Source: an uncultured Candidatus Rokubacteria bacterium (GTDB lineage Bacteria > Methylomirabilota > Methylomirabilia > Rokubacteriales > DASRDR01). Taken from it: a stretch of 64,000 bases of DNA. Below, piece after piece: positions 1 through 10,670 of this stretch (positions are counted from its first letter, which is position 1; each line of letters begins with the position of its first letter). The DNA is taken from contig CAWGVS010000005.1 of the NCBI GenBank assembly GCA_963826115.1, positions 1,984,001 through 2,048,000 on the forward strand, given 5' to 3'. Below the pieces are notes generated by a model, which was not told the origin of the DNA, ran no database searches, and saw only the letters and a program-made list of their open reading frames with translations. Position numbers and translations under genes: made by a program.

Positions 1-303
1 CCGGGGCCCGAGGGGAACGCCGCGGAGCGCGTGGTCGGCGCGGAGGATCGGCACCGGGCGGCCGTTGCCCCAGGCGCGCCACCTGCGATCGTAGGTGTGG
101 CTCAGGATCAGGAAGGCCGGCTCGCCCACCGTCGTCTCGAGGCGCACGCGGTGAGGCGCAGGACGAAGGACGCCCGGTAGCTGCGCGCGCCGTAGGACTC
201 CTCCGGCATGGGCCATGAGCGCGCCCAGAAGCGGCCCCGTCCGGAGTCGTCGCTCACGGGCTTTCAGTGTAGTGCGGTCCCGCGCGCCGCGGGTCGCGAG
301 CAT
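1..303 (-). CDS. YfhO-like C-terminal fragment, runs off the window edge; possibly a remnant
   Basis: Manual translation gives ...PHRVRLETTVGEPAFLILSHTYDRRWRAWGNGPVPILRADHALRGVPLG, which resembles the YfhO C-terminal domain. Possible ATG at 303 with AGGAG upstream. Confidence 0.35.
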   Translation of the reverse strand, partial: MLATRGARDRTTLKARERRLRTGPLLGALMAHAGGVLRRAQLPGVLRPAPHRVRLETTVGEPAFLILSHTYDRRWRAWGNGRPVPILRADHALRGVPLGPR

Positions 304-353
304 TCGCTCCTGCCGCGCTCCCCGGCCGACCCGGCGGGTATACTGTCCCCGGC

Positions 354-2423
354 ATGCGCTTCCGGGTCGGCTTCGACGTCGGCGGGACGTTCACCGACTT
401 CGCGCTCCAGGCCGACGACGGCCGGCTCCTCACCGGGAAGCGCCTGACGACGCCCGACGATCCCGCGCGGGCGTGTCTCGAGGGGCTGCGCGAGCTCGTG
501 GCGCGCGCCGGCCTCGGCTGGGCCGACCTCGCTCAGGCGGTGCACGGGACGACGCTCGGCTCGAACGTCGTGATCGAGCGGAAGGGCGGGCGCGTCGCCC
601 TCCTCACCACCGAGGGCTTCCGCGACGTCCTCATCATCGGCCGGGAGAAGCGATACCAGCTCTACGACCTCTCCATCGAGAAGCCGGCGCCCCTGGTCCC
701 GCGGTCGCGGATCCATGAGGTCCGCGAGCGCGTGGCCTTCGACGGCGAGGTGCTCGTCCCACTCGACGAGGCGGGGCTCCGCGCCACGGTCCGCGGGCTC
801 GTTGGGGACGGGGTGGCGTCCGTCGCCATCTGTTTCCTCCACGCCTACGTCAACCCGGCGCACGAGCGGCGCGCCGCCGAGGTCGTCCGCGAGGAGGCGC
901 CGGGAGTGGCCGTCAGTCTCTCCTCGGAGGTCTCCCCCGTCATCCGCGAGTACGAGCGCACCTCGACCACCGTCGTGAACGCCTACGTCATGACGGCGGT
1001 CCGTGATTACCTCGAGCGCCTCGAGGGGGCGCTCGGCTCCCTCGGCTACCGGGGCCGCCTCTTCGTCATGCAGTCCGGCGGCGGCATCGCCACCGGCGAG
1101 ACGATGGCCAGGTTCCCCGTGCGGATGATCGAGTCGGGGCCGGCCGCCGGCGCCCTCATGGCCGCGGCGTACGGGAAGCTCACGGGGCATCCGGACCTGG
1201 TCGCCTTCGACATGGGCGGGACGACCGCGAAGCTCTCCCTCATCGCGGGCGGCACGCCCCAGACCGTCCGCGAGTTCGAGCTGCACCGGATCCGCCTCCA
1301 GCCCGGCAGCGGGATCCCGATGAACATCCAGGCGATCGACCTGGTGGAGATCGGCGCCGGCGGCGGCTCGATCGCGCGGGCCGAGACCGGCGTGATCCGC
1401 GTCGGCCCCGACTCGGCCAGCGCGGCGCCCGGCCCCATCTGCTACCGTCGCGGCGGCACCGAGCCGACCGTCACCGACGCCAATCTCGTTCTCGGCTACC
1501 TCAACCCCGACTACTTCCTCGGCGGGCGCATGCGCCTCGACGTCGAGGGGGCGCGGCGGGGTATCGAGACGCGCGTCGCCCGGCCTCTCGGGCTCGACGT
1601 CGCGGAAGCGGCGTGGGGGATCCACCAGGTCGTGACGACGAACATGGAGCTGGCCACCCGGGTCGTGTCGATCGAGCGCGGGTACGATCCCCGGCGGCTC
1701 GCGCTCGCCGCGTTCGGCGGATCGGGGCCCGTCCACGGCTGCCGCCTCGCCCAGGCGCTCGGCATCCCCCGCGCGATCCTGCCGGCGGCGGCGGGAGTCA
1801 CCTCGGCCATCGGGCTCCTCGTCGCCGAGGTGCGGTTCGACCTCTCACGCTCGTACGTGCGGCGCCTCGACGCGCTGGACCCGGCGTACCTCACCCGGAT
1901 CCTCGACGAGATGACCGCGCAGGGCACAGCCGTCGTCCGCGAGGCGGGTGTCGCCGGCACCCTCTCGGTGGCGCGGGCCGCCGACATGCGCTACGTGGGT
2001 CAGGGCTACGAGCTGTCGGTCCCACTCCCCGACGGGCCGATCGACGGGCGCACGGCGGCCGCCCTGCGGGCCGCCTTCGACCGCGTCTACGCCCACCGCT
2101 ACGGCTACTCGGACGCGAAGGCGGCGGTCGAGCTGGTGACGGTCGCGCTGACCGTCACCGGCGCCGGCCCCGACGTGCGGCTCCCCGAGCAGGCGCCGGG
2201 TCCCCGCGACGTCGCCGAGGCCCGGAAGCCGGACCGGCGCGTCTACTTCCCGGAGGCCCGCGGCTACGTCCCGTGCGCGGTGTACGACCGGGCGCGCCTG
2301 CCGGTGGGCGCGACCATCGCAGGCCCGGCGATCGTCGAGGAGCCCGAGTCCACCACCGTCCTGCCGCCGGGCGCGACCGCCGAGATCGACGCGTGGGCCA
2401 ACCTCCTGGCGAGCTTCGCGTGA
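354..2423 (+). CDS. Hydantoinase/oxoprolinase family, A subunit (ATP-binding)
   Basis: 689 aa with motifs DVGGTFTD, HGTT, IESGPAAG, DMGGTT, IGAGGGS, GPDSASAAPGP and DMRYVGQ. Confidence 0.95.
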   Translation: MRFRVGFDVGGTFTDFALQADDGRLLTGKRLTTPDDPARACLEGLRELVARAGLGWADLAQAVHGTTLGSNVVIERKGGRVALLTTEGFRDVLIIGREKRYQLYDLSIEKPAPLVPRSRIHEVRERVAFDGEVLVPLDEAGLRATVRGLVGDGVASVAICFLHAYVNPAHERRAAEVVREEAPGVAVSLSSEVSPVIREYERTSTTVVNAYVMTAVRDYLERLEGALGSLGYRGRLFVMQSGGGIATGETMARFPVRMIESGPAAGALMAAAYGKLTGHPDLVAFDMGGTTAKLSLIAGGTPQTVREFELHRIRLQPGSGIPMNIQAIDLVEIGAGGGSIARAETGVIRVGPDSASAAPGPICYRRGGTEPTVTDANLVLGYLNPDYFLGGRMRLDVEGARRGIETRVARPLGLDVAEAAWGIHQVVTTNMELATRVVSIERGYDPRRLALAAFGGSGPVHGCRLAQALGIPRAILPAAAGVTSAIGLLVAEVRFDLSRSYVRRLDALDPAYLTRILDEMTAQGTAVVREAGVAGTLSVARAADMRYVGQGYELSVPLPDGPIDGRTAAALRAAFDRVYAHRYGYSDAKAAVELVTVALTVTGAGPDVRLPEQAPGPRDVAEARKPDRRVYFPEARGYVPCAVYDRARLPVGATIAGPAIVEEPESTTVLPPGATAEIDAWANLLASFA

Positions 2424-4192
2424 GTCCCGTCGATCCGATCACCCTCAGCGTGATCTGGGGGTCGCTCCAGTCGATGACGGTGGAGGTCGGCACCACCGTG
2501 CACCGGACGGCGCACTCCCAGCAGGCGCGCGAGGGGCAGGACTTCTCCGTCTGCCTGTTCGACCCCGCGGGCCGGATGGTCGCCCAGGGCCCATACAGCC
2601 CGGGACACATGGGGGCGATGTCGTTCGCCGCCAGGAACGCCGTCGACGCGTTCCCGGGGAACCGGCTCCGGCCGGGCGACGTCGTGCTCTTCAACAGCCC
2701 GTTCCTCGGCTCGGGACACTTCCCCGATTTCTTCATGATCCAGCCCGCCTTCACCGACGACGGCCGGCTGATCGGCTTCGCCGCGAACATCCTCCACCAC
2801 ACCGACGTGGGCGGGATGCGGCCGGGAAGTCAGGCGGTCGAGGGGGTATTCGACTACTTCCAGGAGGGCCTGCACGTCCCGCCCGTGAAGCCCTGGAAGG
2901 CCGGCGAGGAGCAGGAGGACCTCCTCGCCATCATCCTGGCGAACACGCGCATGGCGGAGTCGATGCTCGGCGACCTGCGGGCCCAGCGGAACTCGCTCCG
3001 GGTGGGCGAGCTCCGCCTGATCGAGCTGGCGCGCCGCTACGGCTACGAGACGGTCCAGGCGGCGATGAGCGAGATCATGGACCGGACCGAGGCCACGGTG
3101 CGCGAGGCGATCCGGACGATCCCGAACGGCGTCTACGCGTTCGAGGACCACATGGACGACTCGGGGCCGAACACGCCGCCGATGCGCCTCGTCGTGACGG
3201 TCACCGTCCGCGACGACGACATCCTCATCGACTTCGAGGGCACCGGCCCCCAGACCGAGTCGGGGATGAACTCGTACGTCAACTACACGCGGTCGTACTG
3301 CTACGCGGCGGTGAAGTGCCTCACCGACCCCTTCGGCCCGCAGAACGACGGCGCGTTCCGGCCCGTGCGGATCGAGGCGCCGCTCGGCTCGTTCCTCAAC
3401 CCCCGGCCGCCCGCGGGCGGCGGCCCGCGAGCCGTCTTCTGCTACCGGATCTTCGACGCGGTGATCGGGGCGCTCGCGCCCGCCCTGCCGGGCCGGGTCA
3501 CCGCGGCCGGCTCGCACTTCGCGAACCCGACCTGCGGCGGCTTCGACCCGCGCCGGAACCGCCGGACCGTCGTGTACGAGCTGATCCTCTCCGGCACGGC
3601 GGCCCGGGCCGACCGGGACGGCTGCGAGGCGATGTCGATGGCGTTCAACGCCTCGAACATCCCGGTCGAGGCCCAGGAGGCGAACCAGCCCGTCCTCATC
3701 GAGCGGTTCGAGCTCATCCGGGACTCCGCGGGCGCGGGACGCTACCGCGGCGGGACGGGCATCCGGCGGGACCTGCGCTTCTTCCTCGAGGGCGGGCGGC
3801 TCACGAACAACACCGAGCGGCACCGCTTCGGGCCGTGGGGCCTGTTCGGCGGGCAACCCGGCCGGCCCGGGGTCACGCTCGTCAACCCCGGCACACCGGG
3901 CGAGCGCCGCGTTCACTCCAAGGCCTCCGACACGGTCGAGCCCGGCGACGTCGTTTCCTTCCGGCAGTCGGGCGCCGGGGGTTACGGCCCGCCCTGGGAG
4001 CGCGACCCGCAGGCGGTCCTCCACGACGTCCTGGAGGACTACGTCTCGATCGAGGGCGCGCGCCGCGACTACGGCGTCGTGATCGACCCCGCGACCCTCA
4101 CCGTCGACCAGCCGGCCACCGCCACGGTGCGCGCCGCGATGCGGCGCCCCGATCCTCTCCCCGTCGTGACCCGTCTCGGGCCGCTCTGGTGA
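2420..4192 (+). CDS. Hydantoinase B/oxoprolinase family subunit
   Basis: GTG at 2420 overlaps the upstream TGA. Motifs DPITLSVIW, HFPD, HHTDVGG, FQEGL, GAGRYRGG and GAGGYGPP. Confidence 0.93.
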   Translation: MSPVDPITLSVIWGSLQSMTVEVGTTVHRTAHSQQAREGQDFSVCLFDPAGRMVAQGPYSPGHMGAMSFAARNAVDAFPGNRLRPGDVVLFNSPFLGSGHFPDFFMIQPAFTDDGRLIGFAANILHHTDVGGMRPGSQAVEGVFDYFQEGLHVPPVKPWKAGEEQEDLLAIILANTRMAESMLGDLRAQRNSLRVGELRLIELARRYGYETVQAAMSEIMDRTEATVREAIRTIPNGVYAFEDHMDDSGPNTPPMRLVVTVTVRDDDILIDFEGTGPQTESGMNSYVNYTRSYCYAAVKCLTDPFGPQNDGAFRPVRIEAPLGSFLNPRPPAGGGPRAVFCYRIFDAVIGALAPALPGRVTAAGSHFANPTCGGFDPRRNRRTVVYELILSGTAARADRDGCEAMSMAFNASNIPVEAQEANQPVLIERFELIRDSAGAGRYRGGTGIRRDLRFFLEGGRLTNNTERHRFGPWGLFGGQPGRPGVTLVNPGTPGERRVHSKASDTVEPGDVVSFRQSGAGGYGPPWERDPQAVLHDVLEDYVSIEGARRDYGVVIDPATLTVDQPATATVRAAMRRPDPLPVVTRLGPLW

Positions 4193-4260
4193 GCCGGAGT
4201 GGCGGGAGCCGAGGCGCGCGTGGTTCAATGAGTGGTGGCCTCACTTCCTGGAGGTGCGCC

Positions 4261-4644
4261 ATGCGTCGGTCGACGAGAACGCTCCGGACACCGGCCATCG
4301 CCGGTGTGTGGCTCGCACTGGCCCTCACGCTCGCCCTCGGCACCGCGGCGCTCGCCCACCATGGGTGGAGCGGCTACGACGCCAGCAAGCCCCTGAATCT
4401 CACCGGCACGATCCGCGAGGCGGGCTACGAGCATCCCCACGGCTTCGTGAAGCTCGAGGTCGCCGACAAGGTCTGGGTGGTCACGCTCGCGCCGCCCTCG
4501 CGCATGGAGAACCGCGGGCTCCAGTCGGCCGCGCTGAAGCCCGGTACCAAGGCCACGGTCATGGGGTACCCGAACCGCACGGACCCCGGCGAGATGCGCG
4601 CGGAGTGGATCCAGATCGACGGCAAGACCACCCAGCTCCGGTAG
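4261..4644 (+). CDS. DUF6152-family secreted OB-fold-like protein
   Basis: GGAGG RBS, signal peptide ending ALA-HHGWSGYD, and HPHG motif. Confidence 0.75.
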   Translation: MRRSTRTLRTPAIAGVWLALALTLALGTAALAHHGWSGYDASKPLNLTGTIREAGYEHPHGFVKLEVADKVWVVTLAPPSRMENRGLQSAALKPGTKATVMGYPNRTDPGEMRAEWIQIDGKTTQLR

Positions 4645-4672
4645 CGCCGACACCGAGAGACGGCACGCGCTA

Positions 4673-5167
4673 GTGCACCCGCCCGTCGGCCCGGCCTGGC
4701 TGGTCGCGCTCGAGACCAGCGGCTTCGCCCAGGCCATGCGGCACTGGCTCTGGCTCTACCCGTTCGTCGAGATCACGCACATCCTGGGCTTCGTCCTGCT
4801 CGTCGGCGCGGCGGTGATGTTCGACCTGCGACTCCTCGGGGTCTCGGCGCGCATCCCGGTGTCGGACCTGGCGCGCCATCTCCTGCCGTGGTCCCGGATC
4901 GGGCTCGCGTTCGTGGCGGCCTCCGGCCTGGCGATGTTCTCGGCCCACGCCACCGAGTGGATCGAGAACCCGGCGTTCTGGGTCAAGCTCTCGCTGATCG
5001 TGCTGGCGGGGCTCAACGCCTGGGCGTTCCACCGGTGGACGTTCCGCTCGGTGGCGACCTGGGACCGGAACGTCGGGACGCCGGCCGGCGCGCGCGTCTC
5101 GGCCGTCGCGTCGCTCGCGCTCTGGGCAGGCGTCGTCACCTGCGGGCGCCTGCTCGCCTACCTGTAG
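4673..5167 (+). CDS. DUF6644-family 4-TM membrane protein
   Basis: Motifs YPFVEITHILG, FDLRLLG, NPAFWVKL, GRLLAY; usual partner of DUF6152. Confidence 0.75.
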   Translation: MHPPVGPAWLVALETSGFAQAMRHWLWLYPFVEITHILGFVLLVGAAVMFDLRLLGVSARIPVSDLARHLLPWSRIGLAFVAASGLAMFSAHATEWIENPAFWVKLSLIVLAGLNAWAFHRWTFRSVATWDRNVGTPAGARVSAVASLALWAGVVTCGRLLAYL

Positions 5168-5186
5168 CGCCAGTCCGGCCCTCCGC

Positions 5187-6074
5187 GTGTCCCGTGCCGA
5201 GTTGGTGCTCCTCGCCGCGAACGTCGTCTACGGGACCTCCTACGTGGCGATGCAGCCCGCGCTCGGGTCGGTCGGACCCGTCACCCTCGCCCTCCTGCGA
5301 CTGGCCATCGCGGTCGCCATCGTCGCGCCGATCGGATTCCGGGGGCCGGGGCCGAGGGCGCCCTCGGCCAGGGATCGGTGGGCGTTCTTCTGGATGGGCT
5401 TTCTGGGGTTCACGGTGGCGTTCGGGCTCGCCCACTGGGGGCTCGAGCGGTCGACGGCCACCAATGCGGCCCTCCTGATCGCCACCGAACCGATCGCATT
5501 GATCGCGCTCGCCCCGCTCGTCCTCGGCGAGCGCCTGTCGCGACGCGAGGGCTGGGGCACCGGTCTCGCCATGCTCGGCGCGACCTTCATCGTGGTCAAC
5601 GGCATCCCCGGCGTGACCATCGCGATCGCGCCCCACTGGCGCGGGGACCTCCTCCTGCTGCTCTCCGGGATCTGCTTCGCGTCGTACTCCCTGCTCGGAC
5701 GCCCGGTCCTGGCGCGACATCCGGGCGTCAGGGTGACGGCGTGGTCCTTCGTGTGGGGGCTCGTGACGACGGCGCCGCTCGCCGCGCTCGAGTGGCGGCT
5801 CGGCGAGCGGTCCGGGTGGACGGCGACGAGCCTGGCGGCGGTCCTCTACCTCGGCGTGGTGATCACGGGGCTCGGGTACCTCGTGTGGAACTGGGCGCTC
5901 GAGCGGGTGTCCGCGGCGCGAGCCGCGATCTACCTGAACGTCCAGCCGCTGGTCGGCACGCTCCTCGGCGTCGTCTGGCTCGGCGAGCCCTTCTCGCCCT
6001 ACACGGCCGTCGGCGGAGGCCTGGTCATCGCCGGGCTCTCCCTCGCGCTGACCGGGCGGCCGGCGGCGCGCTGA
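5187..6074 (+). CDS. DMT/EamA family transporter
   Basis: 295 aa, about 10 TM helices, two EamA repeats (LGER, LGEP). Confidence 0.9.
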   Translation: MSRAELVLLAANVVYGTSYVAMQPALGSVGPVTLALLRLAIAVAIVAPIGFRGPGPRAPSARDRWAFFWMGFLGFTVAFGLAHWGLERSTATNAALLIATEPIALIALAPLVLGERLSRREGWGTGLAMLGATFIVVNGIPGVTIAIAPHWRGDLLLLLSGICFASYSLLGRPVLARHPGVRVTAWSFVWGLVTTAPLAALEWRLGERSGWTATSLAAVLYLGVVITGLGYLVWNWALERVSAARAAIYLNVQPLVGTLLGVVWLGEPFSPYTAVGGGLVIAGLSLALTGRPAAR

Positions 6075-6768
6075 CGGCGGCGGCCCCGAGCCGGCGCCGC
6101 GCCTCGGCGAAGACCGCCTCGAACATCGGCCACGTCAGCTTCCCCGTCTGGGTGTTCTGGCGGCTCGGGTGATAGGTCCCCAGGAGCGCGACGCCCCAGG
6201 GAAGCTCGACGGCCGTCCCGTGGGCGAAACGCGGACGCGGCCGCGGGACCGGCAGCCCGACGGCGCCGGCCGCCGAGAGGTACGCGTCGAAGCCGATGCG
6301 GCCGAGGCCGACCACGACGCGGACTCTGCGGAGGCGAGCGAGCTCCTCGTGGAGATAGGGTGCGCACCGGGCGATCTCGGCGGGCGTGGGCCGATTGTCG
6401 GGCGGCACGCAGTGGAGCGCCGCGGTGATGTACGCCTCGACCAGCCGGTAGCCGTCGCCCCGGGCGTCGGACGTGGGCTGCGTCGCGAAGCCGTGCCCGT
6501 GGAGGGCCCGGGCGACCCACTCGCCGCTCCCTCCCGGCAGGTCACCGGTGAACATCCGGCCCGTGCGGTTCCCGCCGTGAGCGGCCGGGGCGAGACCCAC
6601 CAGCAGGAGTCGCGCGGAGGCATCGCCGAGGCTCGGCACCGGGCGCGCCCAGTACGTCTCGCCGCGATGCCGCCGGGGCGGATCCGCGGCGACCGCCTCC
6701 CGGAAGCGCGCGAGCCTCGGACAGCGCCGGCACTGGACGATCCGCGCCTGCAGGTCCCGCAGCCCCAT
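6025..6768 (-). CDS. udgB: Uracil-DNA glycosylase, family 5 (UdgB-like, Fe-S)
   Basis: CRRCPRL, GLAPAAHGGNRTGRMFTGD and YHPSRQNT; ATG at 6768. Confidence 0.9.
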   Translation of the reverse strand: MGLRDLQARIVQCRRCPRLARFREAVAADPPRRHRGETYWARPVPSLGDASARLLLVGLAPAAHGGNRTGRMFTGDLPGGSGEWVARALHGHGFATQPTSDARGDGYRLVEAYITAALHCVPPDNRPTPAEIARCAPYLHEELARLRRVRVVVGLGRIGFDAYLSAAGAVGLPVPRPRPRFAHGTAVELPWGVALLGTYHPSRQNTQTGKLTWPMFEAVFAEARRRLGAAAVSAPPAARSARGRARR

Positions 6769-6910
6769 CGGGCGCCATGATAGACTGCGCGGCGTCCGCT
6801 CGCCCCCGGCCTCGTGCGCGCGGCGACGCGGACCACTCGATGCCGAGCACGCTCGACCGCATCCTCCGTCTCCGACCCGCGCCGGATCGTCGACCCGGCC
6901 GGAGGTCCTG

Positions 6911-7798
6911 ATGGTCCCGGCCCTCATCGCGCACGGCGGGGCCGGCGCCGATCCCGACGACAAGCCCACGTACCGGACCGCCCTCGGAGACGCGCTCCGG
7001 CGAGGCTGGGCGATCCTCCGCCGCGGCGGCTCCGCGCTCGACGCGGTCGAGGCGACCATCCAGGCGATGGAGGACCACCCGCGCTTCAACGCCGGCCACG
7101 GCTCGGCCCTCACGGACCGAGGCACGGTGGAGTGCGACGCGTCCATCATGGAAGGAGACGCGCTCCAGGCCGGCGCGGTCGCCGCGGTCAGCGGAGTCCG
7201 GAACCCGATCGAGCTCGCGCGGCGGATCATGGAGGACGGCCGCCACATCTTCCTCGTGGGGGACGGCGCGCTCGCGTTCGCGCGCGAGCGGGGTGTGTCG
7301 CTCTGCTCGCCCGACGCCCTGGTGACCGAGCGCCAGCGCCGGCGCCTGGCCACACACCTCGCGGCGGGTGCCGAGGGCGCCGCTCGGTCGACGGCCGGCA
7401 CGGTCGGCGCCGTGGCGATCGACGTCCAGGGCCTGATCGTGGCCGGCACCTCGACCGGCGGCTACACCGGCAAGCGACCCGGACGCGTCGGAGACTCCGC
7501 CCTGATCGGCGCCGGCACGTACGCCGACAGCCGCCTGGGCGGCGTCTCGACCACGGGGCACGGCGAGGCGTTCATCCGCACGGTCCTCGCCAAGACCGCG
7601 CTCGACGTCCTGCGGGAGCTCGACGACCCGCAGCTGGCCGCGGACGTGTCGCTCGACATCGTCCGCGACGAGGGGCGCGGGAGCGGCGGCCTCATCGTGA
7701 TGGACTGGCGGGGCCGGTTCGCCTACGCGAACTCCACGGCCTTCATGCCCGTCGGCTGGTGCCAGGCAACCGCAGCGGAGCCGGTTCTCCCCTTCTAG
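6911..7798 (+). CDS. iaaA: Isoaspartyl peptidase/L-asparaginase (Ntn hydrolase)
   Basis: HGGAG, FNAGHG, GTVGAV, TSTGG, GRVGDS and TGHGE. Confidence 0.92.
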   Translation: MVPALIAHGGAGADPDDKPTYRTALGDALRRGWAILRRGGSALDAVEATIQAMEDHPRFNAGHGSALTDRGTVECDASIMEGDALQAGAVAAVSGVRNPIELARRIMEDGRHIFLVGDGALAFARERGVSLCSPDALVTERQRRRLATHLAAGAEGAARSTAGTVGAVAIDVQGLIVAGTSTGGYTGKRPGRVGDSALIGAGTYADSRLGGVSTTGHGEAFIRTVLAKTALDVLRELDDPQLAADVSLDIVRDEGRGSGGLIVMDWRGRFAYANSTAFMPVGWCQATAAEPVLPF

Positions 7799-7876
7799 TC
7801 GCACCCGGGCCCCCGGAACCGATCGGCGCGCTCGAGTCCCGCCATGACCGAGTGAGCGCGGTGATACCGTAGGCTG

Positions 7877-10623
7877 ATGATCGACGCCGATATCCGGGCG
7901 CCGGTCCATGCGAGGAGCGCCCGATGGGCGTGGATCTTCCTCGCGCTGGCCGCTCTGATCCGCCTCGCGCTGCTGGCCCGCGGGGCCGGCGCCAGTCACG
8001 ACGAGTCCCGCATCGGGACGAACGGCCTGTCGCTCCTTCACGGCGAGTTCCCGATCTACTTCGCGGGGCAGTCGTTCATGGGGACGGCCGCCGACGTCTA
8101 CCTCGCGGCGGTCGGCTACGTCCTCCTGGGCGTCTCCCCGGGCACTCTCGAGCTGGTGGGCGTGCTGCTGTCGATCGCGTGGGTCGGGCTCGTCGTGTAC
8201 CTCGCGTGGAGCGCGTTCGGCGCCGTGGCTGCGGCCTTCACGGCGGCGTGGCTCGCCGTGCCGCCGGACTTCGTGCTCTGGTGGGCGCAGGAATCACGCT
8301 CCCACTACCACCTGACGCTGGTCCTCGGCGTCCTGTCGCTGCTCCTCGCGCGGCGAGTTCCAGGCGCCGCTCCGGCGGTGGCGGCGCGGCGGCTTCTGGC
8401 CCTGGGCCTGGTGACGGGTCTCGCCTACTGGACGAATCCCCTGGGCATCGTCTACCTGCCGGCCGTCCTCCTGTACTTCGTTCTCGGTCGCTACCGGCCG
8501 CGCCGCATCCCCGAGATCGTCCTGCCGTTCTGCGGCTTCGTGCTCGGCGCGTTGCCGCATCTGCTGTACGCCATTCCTCGGGGTGACGCGAGCCCCCGTT
8601 TCCGGGGTCGGGATGGCCGGGCATCGTCTCGCACCTCACCAGTCTCGCCCGGGCGTGGCCGCTCATCCTCGGCGTCCCCGCCGACCTGCCGGAGTGGAGC
8701 TCGCGCCTCGTGGCGGCGCTCCTGACGGCGGCGTATCTCGGACTGGCGGGCGCCGCAATCGGTTGGGGACGGGTGCGCGCTTCCCGCGGCGTCATGGATG
8801 TCGCGGCGCTCGTCCTCGTGGTCGCGACGAACATCGGCGCCGTGGTCGTCGGGAAGTACGGCGATCTCCTCTGGCCCCGCGCGTTCTATCTCTCGCCGAT
8901 CTGGACGGCGCTCCCGGCCCTGGCCGGGGCGGGGCTCTCGGCGGTGCCGAAACGCCGCCTGGCCGTCGGGCTGGCGGGCATCGTCATGGCGATCCACGCG
9001 ATCGGCATCAGCCGCGGGATCGCCCGGGGAGAGGCGCCGCTGCCGGATCCAGCGCTCAGGCAGCTCGCGCCCCGCAGTGTCCAGCAGGGACTCGCCGAGG
9101 CGATGGCGCGGGACGGGGTCACGCGGCTCTACGAGTCGCATCACGCGCGGCGCGACCTCGCCTTCGTGTCCAGCGAACGCGTGATTCTGTCGCACTACTA
9201 CGAAGAGGCGCTGCCACGCTACGCGCGCGCCGTGGATGGGGCGCCCGCGCGGAACGTGGGGTGGTGGGTTGCTGCGCCCGTGCCGGCGCTCGAGCGGAGT
9301 CTCGCGGCCCTCGGCGCCACGTTCGAGTATCGGCCCTATCCACCTCTCGGTGGCGCGTACGTGAGGTTTGTGGTGCCGCAACTACCGCTCCGGGAGCTGG
9401 CACCGAACGATCTCCGCGCCGCGGCGAGTGAGAGCTCTGCCCGCGCCGCCTGGGTCCTCGACCGTGACGCCGCCACCGCCTGGCGCAGCGCGGGGCCGAT
9501 GCGCGGCGGCGAGTGGATCGAGATCGACCTCGGGGCGACGGAGCCAGTGGCCATGGTGCGCTGGCTCCCCCGCGTCTACCAAGAGACCCCGATCGGCCTC
9601 ACCCTGGATGCCTCCGAGGATCGCCTGGCGTGGCGCCGCCTCCTCGAGGTGCCGGACTACCAAGGCCCGCTGTACTGGTCCGCCGGCCATCCGATGGGCC
9701 GCGTCCGCAGCGGTCGCGTCGAGCTCCGCGTGCCCCCGACCCCCGCGCGCTACCTGCGCATCTCACAGACCGGCACGGGTACGCGCTGGCCCTGGTCGAT
9801 CTCGGAGCTCTTCGTGTACGCGCTGGACGCCTCCGCCCGTCCGCACCCCGTCCCGTGGCGTGCCGGAGCCGATCTCGCGGAGGCCCTGTCGCGCGTGAAC
9901 GTCCGACGGCTCTACGCCGACCACGGATGGGGCAGCGTGGCGGCGCTGGCCGACCGCCGCCTCCAGGTGCTCCCGGCCAACCTCCACCTCGATCCCTACG
10001 GCTGGGATGGGCCCCGCGCCGAGCTCACCCCGGGCGTCCAGTGGACGCCGGGGGCCGGCCTGCTCGTCGAGCCGATCGACGCCGAGGGGATCGCGCGGGT
10101 CGTCGAGGCGGCCGGCCTGCCCGTCCGTCGCGAGCCGCTCGGCGACCTCGTGCTCTTCCGGGCGGAGGCGGCGGCGCCGCGCGCGGGCCGGCCCCTGCCG
10201 CCGTCCGCCCTCACCGTCACGGCCTCGATCCATCCCGAGTGGACGGCGCTGGCCCTCGACGGCCAGCGCGACACGCGCTGGGCGACCGGCCGCCCGCAGG
10301 CGCCGGGCGACTGGCTCCGCGTCGACCTCCGCGCTCCGGAGCCCGTGCGCGCCGTGCGTCTCTGGACGTTCACGCCCCTCGACTGGCCGCGCGGCCTCGC
10401 CCTCGAAAGCTCGGGAGACGGCGTCGCGTGGCACCCGCTCCCGGCGCGCGTGTCCACCGCGGGGGATCTTCGCTGGGGCGGCATCGCCCTCCTCCGCAAC
10501 GGCGTGGAGGCCGTGCGCCTCGACTTCGCCCCCACCCGCCTCCGCGCGCTTCGCCTGACCCTCACCCGCGGCGACCCCGTCTACGATTGGTCGGTGCACG
10601 AGCTGACGGTCTACGGCGACTGA
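7877..10623 (+). CDS. Multi-TM GT-C/PMT-like membrane protein with two F5/8 type C (discoidin-like) domains; frameshifted near 8587-8613
   Basis: The 7877 frame is hydrophobic (HDES..G, YFAGQSFMG). The 8710 frame reads as protein from about 8614 (WPGIVSHLTSLARAWPLILGVP) and carries two discoidin-like repeats (DRDAATAWRS..WIEIDLG; DGQRDTRW..WLRVDL). Confidence 0.7.
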
Positions 10624-10670
10624 GCGGCGCGTTGACCCCTCGGGATCGATCCGTCAGGTGGCGCCCGCCG

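Noticed and set aside
8584-8586. TGA as a possible second selenocysteine codon
   Set aside because: The frame upstream of this TGA is not the coding frame and there is no redox motif. The break is a frameshift.
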